Shown piece after piece: positions 24,001-35,900 of a stretch of DNA of 64,000 nt (position 1 is the stretch's first letter; each line of letters opens with the position of its first letter). The notes beneath the pieces are model-generated. The model saw only the letters and a program-made list of their open reading frames with translations, was not told the origin of the DNA and searched no databases. Source of the DNA: Heterodontus francisci (taxonomy: Eukaryota); assembly GCF_036365525.1 (NCBI RefSeq), contig NC_090399.1, positions 2,418,001 through 2,482,000 of the forward strand. Direction: 5' to 3'. The position numbers were made by a program, and so were the translations under genes.

Positions 24001-25420
24001 GGTGCTCTGGTTTCCTCCCACATGCCAAAGACTTGCAGGTTGATAGGTTAATTGGCCATTATAAATTGCCCCTAGTATAGGTAGGTGGTAGGGAAATATA
24101 TAGGGACAGGTGGGGATGTGGTAGGAATATGGGATTAGTGTAGGATTAGTATAAATGGGTGGCTGATGGTCGGCACAGACTCGGTGGGCCGAAGGGCCTG
24201 TTTCAGTGCTGTATCTCTAAAACTAAAAAAAAACTAACAGAGAGGATTGATGTTGTGTACATGGATTTTCAAAAGGAATTTGATAAAGTGCCACATAACA
24301 GGCTTGTCAGCAAAGTTAAAGAGCTCGTGGAATATCAGGGATAGTAGCAGCATGGATATGAAGTTGGCTGCGTGACAGGAAACAGAGTGGTCTTGAATGG
24401 TTGTTTTTCAGACTGGAGAAAGGTATACAGTGGGGTTCCCCAGGGGTCAGCGTTAGGACCTCTGCTTTTCTCGATGTATATTAATGACCCAGACTTGGGT
24501 GCACAGGGCACAATTTCAAAATTTGAGGATGATACAAAACTTGCAAGTATTGTGAACTATGAGGAGGATAATGATAAACTTCAAGAGAACATAGACAGGC
24601 TGGTGGAATGGGAAGACAAGTGGCAGATGAAATTTAATTCAGAGAAGTGTCAGGTGATTCATTTTGGTTGGAAGAATGAACAGAGACAATATAAAATAAA
24701 GGGTACAATTCTAAAGTGAATGTAGGAGCAGAGGGACACATATATCCTCAGGGTATATGTCCACAAATCATTGAAGGTGGCAGCGGAGGTTGAAAATGTG
24801 GTTAATACAGCATATGGGATTCTGGGCTTTATACAAAGAGTACAAGAACAAGGAAGATATACTTAGAAAAAACTGATTCGGCCTCAAATGGAGTATTGTG
24901 TCCAGTTCTGGGCACCACACTTTAGGAAGGATGTGAAGGTGTTAGAGAGGATGCAGAAAAGATTCATGAGAATGGTTCCAGGGATGAGGAACTTTAGTTG
25001 TGTAGATAGACTCGAGAAGCTGTGCCGTTCTCCTTGAAGAAGACAATGTTAAGATGAGATTTGATAGAGGTGTTCAAAATCATGAGAGGTCTGGACAGAG
25101 TGGAAAGGCAGAAACTGTTCCCGTTAGCGAAAGGATTGAGAATCAGAGGACACCAATGTAAGGCGATCGGCAAAAGAAGCAACAGTGACATGAGGAAAAA
25201 CTTTTTTGTGCAGCGAGTGGTTAGGATCTGGAATGCACTGCCCGAGAATGTGGTGGAGGCAGGTTCAATCATGGCTTTCAAAAGGGAACTGGACAATTAT
25301 CTGAAGACAGAAAATTTGCAGGGCTATGGGGAAAAGGCAAGGGAGTGGGAGTAGGTGAGTTACTCTTGGAGACACGATGGGCCAAATGGCCTCCTTCTGT
25401 GCTTTAACCATTCTATGATT
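21065..25420 (+). mobile_element. Degenerate long CR1 LINE with a nested second CR1 (~22093-23115) and a nested V-SINE
   Basis: Endonuclease (AITETWL, GVFYRPP, GDSDH) and RT fragments in order, interrupted by an RT-to-tail copy of another CR1 subfamily. Confidence 0.85.
23877..24234 (+). mobile_element. Full-length V-SINE (HE1-like) with TSD
   Basis: A box TGGCGCAGTGG, B box GGTTCGATTC, V-domain; TSD TAACAG at 23871-23876 and 24235-24240 splitting CR1 codons FDEVT|ERID. Confidence 0.92.
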
Positions 25421-25496
25421 GTATGAAATGGGTCTTAAACTCATGGACTTCTGACTGAGAGGCAGAGTACTAACTTCTGACTGAGCCATTTTAAAT

Positions 25497-25841
25497 TTTA
25501 TTTAGAGATACAGCACTGAAACAGGCCCTTCGGCCCACCGAGTCTGTGCTGACCATCAACCACCCATTTATACTAATCCTACATTAATCCCATATTCCTA
25601 CCCCATCCCCACCTTCCCTCAATTCCCCTACCACCTACCTATACTAGTGACAATTTATAATGGCCAATTTACCTATCAACCTGCAAGTCTTTGGCTGTGG
25701 GAGGAAACCGGAGCACCCGGAGAAAACCCACGCAGACACAGGGAGAACTTGCAAACTCCACACAGGCAGTACCCGGAACTGAACCTGGGTCACTGGAGCT
25801 GTGAGACTGCAGTGCTAACCACTGCGCCACTGTGCTGCCCA
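25497..25841 (-). mobile_element. Full-length V-SINE (HE1-like)
   Basis: Reverse complement of the 23877 copy. Confidence 0.9.
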
Positions 25842-26837
25842 TGAAATGCCTTAAATGGTGGAATGGAAGAGGATTCTGTTACACATCCCTATTACCAATG
25901 AGAAAACACAGTAATGGGATGCTGCAATTTTCCTGCTCATTGTCTGGACTTTAAGGGGTTAACAGGGTGTAAACGCTTCCTGTGAATGAGCTGCTCACAA
26001 TGATCTGTCATTTCATTTAAATGGAGGGGAAATGATCAGCTGCTGACACCTGAAAGCACTTGAGCTGCAGGGGAATATGCCTCAGTCTGTCTAATGACGT
26101 TAATGTTGAAGGTCCAGTGGTACATTGTCACAGAGGTGTCTGTCACAGTCTGCCTTCATCTCCTGACCTGACGCGTGTGAATTAAAAACTCCTGCATGTA
26201 CCTAAACCTCTGCTAACTTTACCCCTGGTGTGTCTGATCAGATTGGGGAGATAGCCTGGCAATATTTTTAATGAGTTAGCTCTTCTCAGCCAGGGTACTG
26301 GTATTTGCTTAATAATATAAAAGCAAGATACTGCAGATGCTGGAAATCTGAAATAAAAACAAGAAATGCTGGAACCACTCAGCAGGTCTGGCAGCATCTG
26401 TGCAGAGAGAAGCAGAGTTAACATTGCAGGTCAGAGCCCCTTCTTCAGAACTGGTATTTGCAACTGGCCTCGCTGACTCGGGATAAACATGAAATAAAAA
26501 TAATCAGTCAGGGTTCCCACTCCTGATCATTGTCCCAGGGAGCATGATGCATGAAATTCCAGGAGAGGGCTGTAGCTGTGGGGTTGTCCCCTTAGCACTG
26601 GAATAGGCTGCTGGTACTGATTGTCAACGCTTGCGCAGGAATAGTGACCCCTCTCAGATGAGGTACATCTTAGGAGACAGAAGGGGAAACTAAACAAATG
26701 AAATAGACAAAGCAGACCTTAAAGGAAGAATGTGGGAGACAGGAGAGTTTAAAAAAGCACCAAGCAATTAGACAGGTTGTTGCAGGAGCCTCTCCCATCG
26801 CTGGTGTGCTGGATTGGGCTAACGTGGCTCAGGGACA

Positions 26838-26937
26838 TCATGCTGCCGACTGTGACCGCCCGTACCTGGCTGAACACCTGGGCATTCCAAAGGACAGGTA
26901 CCAAACTTCATTGTGCCGACTGAATAACGTCAGAGGC
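26838..26937 (-). CDS. SOUL-family C-terminal exon
   Basis: Acceptor cctttctgcag; (G)PLTLFSRHNEVWYLSFGMPRCSAR, then either read-through YGRSQSAA-TGA (stop 26838-26840) or a donor AG|GTACGG after 26866. Confidence 0.8.
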
Positions 26938-29900
26938 CTGCAGAAAGGACATCGTTGGCCCCAATAAAAATAAAACAGGACAATTAGTCAACAGATAAAG
27001 TTTTCCTCCTTTCCAATTTGCTCAGCAGCTTTGTCATCAAATGTGATCAGATCACACCTTGGCTCAAGTGGGTGGAAAGAGGGATCAGTGGAATAAAACT
27101 GTTTGTGAGATGGAATTGGTGGTCCCAAGACGGGATGCAGCAACACAGGACATAAGGGCAGGGAAATACCTGTAATATAGATATGGTTCTGTTATGTTAT
27201 TGAACTAATAATTCAGGTAGAAGGTGAGTTCCAATCACACACAGGGCCTTTGAGAAAACAGTTTTTTTTTAAATTCTAGAAATAGAAAAGTTGCTGTGGG
27301 TAAAAGAGACTCTGCATCTGCGAGGATTGTCAGAAAAACCCAGTCGGTTCAGTAAAGGGTAGAAACATGCCCCGCTTTACCCAGTCTCGGCCGAAAGATG
27401 ACTTCAGTAGAGCCCCCACACATCCCCCATAATCAGCCTTGTTGGCTCTTAGTTGTCCTCTGAAGAGGCTCAGAAAGTTTTGTATTAAGCAGTTGAATGC
27501 TGATCCACACCTTCTCAGGGTAACTGCTGTGGGGCAATAAGTGCTGGCCTTGCCAGTGATGCCCCATCCTGGGAACGAATGATAAAAGGGAAGGAGTTTG
27601 ATCATAAGGAGTCTGCATCTTTGGGGTGCCTCACTGCCCCGTGTCCCGCTATGGTCACCAGTTTCCTTCGGGAGGTGAGGGGACCCCACTGTATCAGGAG
27701 GCTGTACCCCAAAGAACTTCTCAATCAGCCTGCCTGCATAATGACAGAAAGCGACATGGCCGGATTCTAGGCAAAGGGCAGGACGTTATCCTCACCCAAC
27801 AGCAGACTGCGACATCTCCAGCACCAACTTAACCCCATGTTCTTCCCAGAGATCACGGACAAACACACTCCGGGGGTGGGGGGGAGGGCGGATGGTTCAG
27901 TTCCTGTACCTCAGTGTCTCTGTGTTCCCCTACCCCGGTGTCTCTGTGTTCCCTGTACCTCGGTGTCTCTGTGTTCCCTGTACCTCAGTGTCTCTGTGTT
28001 CCCCTACCCCGGTGTCTCTGTGCTCCCTGTACCTCAGTGTCTCTGTGTTCCCTGTACCTCAGTGTCTCTGTGTTCCCCTACCCCAGTGTCTCTGTGTTCC
28101 CTGTATCCTGGTGTCTCTGTGTTCCCCTACCCCGGTGTCTCTGTGCTCCCTGTACCTCGGTGTCTCTGTGTTCCCTGTACCTCAGTGTCTCTGTGTTCCC
28201 CTACCCCGGTGTCTCTGTGTTCCCTGTACCTCAGTGTCTCTGTGTTCCCTGTACCTCGGTATCTCTGTACCCCGGTGTCTCTGTATTCCCTGTACTGCGG
28301 TATCTCTGTACCCCGGTGTCTCTGTGCTCCCATATCCTGGTGTCTCTGTGTTCCCCTACCCCAGTGTCTCTGTGTTCCCTGTATCCTGGTGTCTCTGTGT
28401 TCCCCTACCCCGGTGTCTCTGTGTTCCCTGTATCCTGGTGTCTCTGTGTTCCCCTACCCCGGTGTCTCTGTGTTCCCTGTACCCCGGTGTCTCTGTGTTC
28501 CCTGTACCCCGGTGTCTCTGTGTTCCCTATACCCCGGTGTCTCTGTGTTCCCCCATCCCGGTGTCTCTGTGTTCCCTATACCCCGGTGTCTCTATGTTCC
28601 CTGTACCCCGGTGTCTCTGCGTCGCCCCCTACCCCGGGTCTTTGCGTTGCCCCCTATCCCAGTGTCTCTGCATCGTCCCCTATCCCAGTGTCTCTGCGTC
28701 GCCCCCTACCCCGGGTCTCTGCGTCGTCCCCTACCCCAGTGTCTCTGCATCGTCCCCTATCCCAGTGTCTCTGCGTCGCCCCCTACCCCAGTGTCTCTGC
28801 ATCGTCCCCTATCCCAGTGTCTCTGCATCACCCCCTACCCCAGTGTCTCTGCATCGTCCCCTATCCCAGTGTCTCTGCGTCGCCCCCTACCCCGGGTCTT
28901 TGCGTCGCCCCCTACCCCAGTGTCTCTGCATCGTCCCCTATCCCAGTGTCTCTGCATCAACCCCTACCCCAGTGTCTCTGCATCGTCCCCTATCCCAGTG
29001 TCTCTGCATCGTCCCCTATCCCAGTGTCTCTGAGTCGCCCCCTACCCCGGGTCTCTGCGTCGCCCCCTACCCCAGTGTCTCTGCATCGTCCCCATCCCAG
29101 TGTCTCTGCATCCCCCCCTACCCCAGTGTCTCTGCATCGTCCCCTATCCCAGTGTCTCTGCGTCGCCCCCTACCCCGGTGTCTCTGCGTCACCCCCTACC
29201 CCAGTGTCTCTGCATCGTCCCCTACCCCAGTGTCTCTGCATCGTCCCCTACCCCAGTGTCTCTGCATCGTCCCCTACCCCAGTGTCTCTGCATTCCCATG
29301 CATCAGTTCACGTTCCCATGTTCTGGTTCATGTCCCCCTACCCCATGCTCAGTCTGTGTTCCCATACCCTGTCTCTGCGCCCCAGTTCTGTGTTCCCATA
29401 CCCTACTCCTGGGTTCTGTGTTCCCATACCCCTGGGTCTCTGTTCCTATACCCTGGTCTGCGTTTCCATGCCCTGGTTCGCGTTCCCATGTCCCTGTACC
29501 TCACACTCGGTCTGTGTTCCCACACCCGAGTCTATGTCCATGTGCCCTGGTTCATGTTCCCTTATCCCGTACCCCGGTTGATGCTTCCGTACCCATTGTA
29601 TTGTGCAGTGTAGAAGCGATTCTGCAGAAAGCTCTCCCTTTGGCGAAGCAGGTCCTCAAAGAGATCTTGCGCTTTTTGCCGTATATTTGTGAACCAGCCT
29701 CCAAACGACTTCACAAAAACAGTCATTGGAGGGAACTGTTTTATGAATACCTGCAATACAAAACCAAGGGTTTCCATGATGCACTGCCTATCCTGGGAAG
29801 ATGTGATTCTACGCTGTACTGTTTCTATATCATGACAGCGAAAACCTGAATCTTCACAGATACCTTACAAACACTCACTCTGTAGCCCCTACTTCGCACC

Positions 29901-32900
29901 TGGCACCGAGAGACTGATGTCAATACCTGGGGGTGCTTGAAAATAAAATCAGCTGATGTGTCAAACAAGAGATGGTGCATTTCCAGGTTCCTGTTCCCGT
30001 TCCTGAGCACAATGAGGCTGGGATCGAGGCAGCTGCAGACTGGATGTAGTCTGAACGAGAACTGTGGGTGTGGGGGAAGGGAAAGTCTCTGGTGGTGGGT
30101 GAGGGAGGAAATGTCCCCTTGGGTAGGATAGGGAGGGAATGTACCTGTGGAAGGGTGTGGGAGGGAGGGCACGTTTCTGGGAGTGGGGGAGGGAGGAATG
30201 TCCCCGTGGGTGGGTGTGGGAGGAGGGAATGTCTCTGGGAGTGGGAGAGGAATGGAGGGAATGTCCCCGTGGGTGGGTGTGGGAGGAGGGAATGTCTCTG
30301 GGAGTGCGAGAGGAAGGGAGGGAATGTCCCCGTGGGTGAGTGTGGAAGGGAGGGAATGTCTCTGGGAATGGGGGAGGGAGGGAGGGAATGTCTCTATGGG
30401 TAGGGGTAAGGAGGGAATGTCGCCGTGGGTGGGTGTGGGATCATAGAATAGTTACAACACAGAAGGAGGCCATTCAGCCCATCGAATCCATGCTGGCTCT
30501 CTGCAACAGCAACTCACTCGTCCCACTCCCCTGCCTTTTCCCCATAGCCCTGCTATGCAAAACTTTTCCACTTCAGATAATTATCCAATTCTCTTTCGAA
30601 AATCACAATGGAATCTGCCTCCAACACACTCTCAGGCTGTGCATTCCAGATCCTAACCACTCGCTGCATAATAGTTTTTCCTCAAGTCGCCAACTTGCCC
30701 ATCCATTTCACCAGCTTAAGTGCTCTTGAAATTTATCGCTATCCACCTCACAGGTCACAATATTTCCAAGTTATGTTTAATCACAATTTTGAAATTGTGC
30801 CCTGTACACCAAAGTCTAGGCCATTAATATACATCAAGAAAAAACATTTGTCCTAACACCAACCCCTGGGTATCCCTCTATATATCTTCCTCCAGTCTGA
30901 AAAATTACTGTTCACCACGACAATTTGTTCCCTGTCATTCAGCCAACTTCGTATCCATGCTGCCACTTCCCTTTGATTCTAGGCTCACAAGCCTGTTGTG
31001 TGGCACTTTATCAAATGCCTTTTGGAAATCTGTGGACACCACATCAACTGTATGACTCTCATCAACCCTCTCTGTTACCTCATCAAAAAACTCGCAAGTT
31101 AGGTACGCACAATTTGCTTAACAAATCAATGGTGGCTTTCCTTAATTAATCCACATTTGTCCAAATCTTCTTCTTCTTCTTTGGCCTCCTTGTCTCGAGA
31201 GACAATGTGTAAGCACCTGGAGGTGGTCAGTGGTTTGTGAAGCAACGCCTGGAGTGGCTATAAAGGCCAATTCTAGAGTGACAGACTCTTCCATAGGTGC
31301 TGCAGATAAAATTGGTTGTCGGGGCTGTTACACAGTTGGCTCTTTTGTTCAAATGACTGTTAATTATGTCTTGAATTATCATTTCTAAAATTTATCCCAC
31401 CACTGAGGTTGAAGTGACCAGCCTGTAGTTGCTGGGCTTATCGTTACATGCTTTTTTGATCAAAGGCATAACATTTGCAATTCTCCAGTCCTCTGGCACC
31501 ACCCGCACTGATGCCTTTGACCCTATTCCCACTAATCTCTTGACCATCCAACTGGCCACCTACTAGCAGACACTGTAAATGGCTCCCTTTCCTCAGACAC
31601 TGTCCAAATCCCCTTCAAAATAGTCATCATCATATCACCCTCTCAAAAAAAAAACCCGCTCTTAACCCCTCAGCTATTACACATTATAACCATATCTTCA
31701 AACTCACTTTCCTCTCTAAAAGTCATTGAATATGTTGTCTCCTGGATCCATACCCATCTATCCTGCAACTCCCTGTTTAAATCCCTTTCATCAGGTTTCC
31801 ATCCTTTGCATAGCACTAAAGAGGCCAAAACTAGTCATCAATGACAGTGACTATGGTGCATTATCCTTTCTGTCCTCCACAACCTCAGATGCTTTTGACA
31901 GTCAACCACAACTTCTCTAATACCTGTACTCCAGGGATTGCCCTCACTTGTTCCAATTAGGGAGGGCATGTCACTGGGAGTGGGGTAGGGATGGAATATT
32001 GCCGTGGGTGGGTGTGGGGGAGGGAAGGAAAGTCCCTGAGGGTGGGTTTGAGGGAGGGGGTGTCCCTGTGGATGGGGGTGTTGTCTTGAGGGAAAAGTCC
32101 CTGTGGGTGGGGGGTGTGGGCTCGAGGGAAATTCTTTGTCGGAGGGGGGCTCGATGGAAGGTCTTTGTGGGTGGGGGGTGTGGGCCTCAGGGAAAGTTCC
32201 TGTTGGTGGGGGGTGTGGGCTCGAGGGAAAGTCTTTGTCGGAGGGGGCTCGAGGGAAGGTCTTTGTGGGTGGGGGATGTGGGCTCAAGGGAAAGTCCCTG
32301 TGGGTCAGGGGGTGTGGGCTTGAGGGAAAGTCCCTGTGGGTCGGGGGTTTTGTGCTCGAGGGAAGGTCTTTGTGGGTGGGGAGGTGTGGGCTCGAGGGAA
32401 GGTCTTTGTGGGTGGGGGGGTGTGGGCAAGAGGGAAGGTCTTTGTGGGTGGTGAGTGTGTGCTCGAGGGAAGGTCTTTGTGGGTGGGGGGTGTGGGCTCG
32501 AGGGAAGGTCTTTGTGGGTGGGGGTTGTATGCTCGAGGGAAGGTCTTTGTGGGTGGGGGGGTGTGGGCTCAAGGGAAGGTCTTTGTGGGTGGGGGCGTGT
32601 GGGCTCGAGGGAAGGTCTTTGTGGGTGGGAGGGTGTGGGCTCAAGGGAAGGTCTTTGTGGGTGGGGGGGGTGTATGCTCGAGGGAAGGTCTTTGTGGGTG
32701 GGGGGGGTGTGGGATCAAGGGAAGGTCTTTGTGGATGGGGGGGTGTGGGCTCGAGGGAAGGTCTTTGTGGGAGGGGGGGTGTGGGCTCGAGGGAAGGTCT
32801 TTGTGGGTGGCGGGGTGTGTACTCGAGGGAAGGTCATTGTGGGTGGGGGGTGTATGCTAGAGGGAAGGTCTTTGTGGGTGGGGGGGTGTGGGCTCCAGGG

Positions 32901-35900
32901 AAGGTCTTTGTGGGTGGGGGGTGTGGGCTCAAGGGAAGGTCTTTGTGGGTGGCGGGTGTGTGCTCGAGGGAAGGTCTTTGTGGGTGCGGGGTGTGGGATT
33001 GAGGGAAGGACTTTGTGGGTGGGGGGGTGTGGGCTCGAGGGAAGGTATTTGTGGGTGGGGGGTGTGGGCTCGTGGGAAGGACTTTGTGGGGGGGGGGTGT
33101 GGGCTCGAGGGAAGGTCTTTGTGGGTGGGGGGGTGTGGGCTCAAGGGAAAGTCTTTGTGGGTGGGGGGTGTGGGCTCGAGGGAAGGTCTTTGTGCGTGGG
33201 GGCGTGTGGGCTCAAGGGAAGGTCTTTGTGCGTGGGGGGGTGTGTGCTCGAGGGAAGGTCTTTGTGGGTGGTGGGTGTGTGCTCGAGGGAAGGTCTTTGT
33301 GGGTGGGGGTGTGTGCTCGAGGGAAGGTCTTTGTGCGTGGGGGCGTGTGGGCTCAAGGGAAAGTCTTTGTGGGTGGGGGGTGTGGGCTCAAGGGAAGGTC
33401 TTTGTGCGTGGGGGTGTGTGGGCTCGAGGGAAGGTCTTTGTGCGTGGGGGAGTGTGGGCTCCAGGGAAGGTCTTTGTGGGTGGGGGGTGTGTGCTCAAGG
33501 GAAGGTCTTTGTGCGTGGAGCGGTGTGGGCTCAAGGGAAAGTCTTTGTGTGTGGGGGGTGTGGGCTCAAGGGAAGGTCTTTGTGCATGGGGGGGTGTGGG
33601 CTCAAGGGAAGGTCTTTGTAGATGGGGGGTGTGGGCTCAAGGGAAGGTCTTTGTGGGTGGGGGTTGTGTGCTCAAGGGAAGGTCTTTGTGCGTGGGGGGG
33701 TGTGGACTCAAGGGAAGGTCATTGTGGGTGGGGGGGTGTGGTCTCCAGGGAAGGTCTTTGTGGTTGGGGGGGTGTGGGCTCAAGGGAAGGTCATTGTGCG
33801 TGGGGGGGTGTGGGCTTGAGGGAAGGTCTTTGTGGGCGGGGGGTGTGGGCTCGAGGGAAGGTCTTTGTGGGTGGGGGGGTGTGGGCTCAAGGGAAGGTCT
33901 TTGTGGGTGGTGGGTGTGTGCTCGAGGGAAGGTCTTTGTGGGTGGGTTTTGTGGGCTCGAGGGAAGTCTTTGTGGGTGGGGGGGGGTGTGGGCTCGAGGG
34001 AAGGTCTTTGTGGGTGGGGGGGTGTGGGCTCGAGGGAAGGTCTTTGTGTGTGGAGGGTGTGTGCTCGAGGGAAGGACTTTGTGGGTGGGGGGGTGTGGGC
34101 TTGAGGGAAGGTCTTTGTGGGTGGGGGGGTGTGGGCTCAAGGGAAATCTTTATGGGTGGGGGGGTGTGGGCTCGAGGGAAGGTCTTTGTGGGTGGTGGGT
34201 GTGTGCTCGAGGGAAGTTCTTTGTGGGTGGGGGGGTGTGGGCTCGAGGGAAGGTCTTTGTGGGTGGGGGGGTGTGGGCTCGGGGGAAGGTCTTTGTGGGT
34301 GGGGGTGTGTGGGCCCGAGGGAAGTTAGGACAGAGTTGCTGGGCCAGCCCCTGGAAGTGGCACTGTTTGCAAAAGGCTGGTTTCCACACTATGGACACTC
34401 AGTTGGAGAGTGAGGAAGGACCTGATCTGCATCATTGCAGCAATCTGATACCCAAGTCAATGCTGGACGTTAGGGACGCCTTCGGCATCTTTTGACCCAG
34501 CATCACTGAGGGGCTTGAAGACAGAAATCATGTCCTGTATTTGCACACGGGTGGGTAAAAGGAGTCAAGTCCAAGCATAACTGGGTCTCACTATAATTTC
34601 TACCCCCACCTCTATTTTCCTCTACTCGCCCTCAGTCCAGTTATAAAGCCGAAGGGAATTCACTGCTAATGTCTCTGAACTAGCAGAAAGAGGGCTGTGA
34701 AAGGAACATGTTGAACATTTGTCAGCTAATCAGCTAATATTATCAATAGGGAACTCCAGTTCCACATCCCCTGGTATCGACTGCCTGTTCACGGTGCTGC
34801 ACAGAGTACCGAGAGGCAGAAATATCTCAGCTTTGCCAGCAAAGCTCCTATTCAGCATGGATATTATGAATGCTTGGATCAGCTACCGGAAGAGGTCTAA
34901 AAGCCATACTCACAGTCACATCTCTGGGAATTGGGGGATTGTTGAACAATCTTCTGGGAAGCATGGAATATACACTTGTCTCTGTGGGAACCCCATTGAT
35001 GTTCACGAAGATAGTGAGTATAGGAGCTGTTCTCTCTATCTGTATCCCTGCAGAAACAGGAAGAAAAGTCATCAGCTCCATGTTAACCAGATCCACACTG
35101 TCCCAGAAACACACTGATGGACAGCAACAAAGCAATGGAATTATTATGATGTTTTAAGCAGTTTGCAACTTGATTGTAAACAGAAATTTATCACTACAGT
35201 AAAAATGCACCCATTTGGTTTAGTTTTCTTTCATTTGATTTAGTTTAGTTCAGCACAGTTTAATTTAGTTTAGGTTGACTTTGATGTAGTTTAGTTTACC
35301 TTGGTGCAATTTGGCTCAGTACATAGCTTGGTTAGTTAGGTGCCAAACACTCCTTCCAGGTGAAGCAGCGACTTACTTGTACTTCTTTCAATTTAGTATA
35401 CTGTATTCACTGCTCACAATGCGGTTGCCTCTATGTTGGGGAGACCAAACGCAGATTGGGTGACTGTTTTATCGAACACCTCCGCTCAGTCCGAAAGCAT
35501 AACTCCGAGCTTCCAGTTTTTTGCCATTTAAACCCCACCAACACCATCCCCCCCGCTCTCATGCTAACATTTCTGTCTTTGGCCTGCTGCAGTGTTCCAG
35601 TGAACATTAACTCAAGCTCGAGGAACAGCACCTGACCTTTCGATTAGGCACTCTACAGCATTGCGGACTGAACATTGACTTCAACAATTTCAGAGCATGA
35701 CTGGCCTTTTTTCTATTTTTCCATTTTTTTTTAACCATGTGCCTGTTTTTCATGTAGTCAGAGCTGCTCATTATTCTGCCATTAACACTCTCTGGACTAA
35801 TGCTTTGCCTTTCACCACAAGCACCAACGTGCTCTTTGCCTTTGTCCCAGGACAGCTTTATCATTTATATATAAAAGCAAAATACTGCAGATGCTGGAAA

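Noticed and set aside
9359-26866. In-frame SOUL-tapasin fusion by splicing 26866 to tapasin exon 2
   Set aside because: The donor is phase 2 and the acceptor phase 1, so the join is out of frame.
27837-29613. 398-573 aa Pro/Cys/Val-rich ORFs
   Set aside because: Open in all three frames of an intronic minisatellite; no domain or splice support.
31838-34495. Long Gly/Trp/Val-rich or Pro/His-rich ORFs; resemblance to Ig switch regions
   Set aside because: Tandem-repeat artefacts; no AGCT-rich motif and no Ig constant genes nearby.
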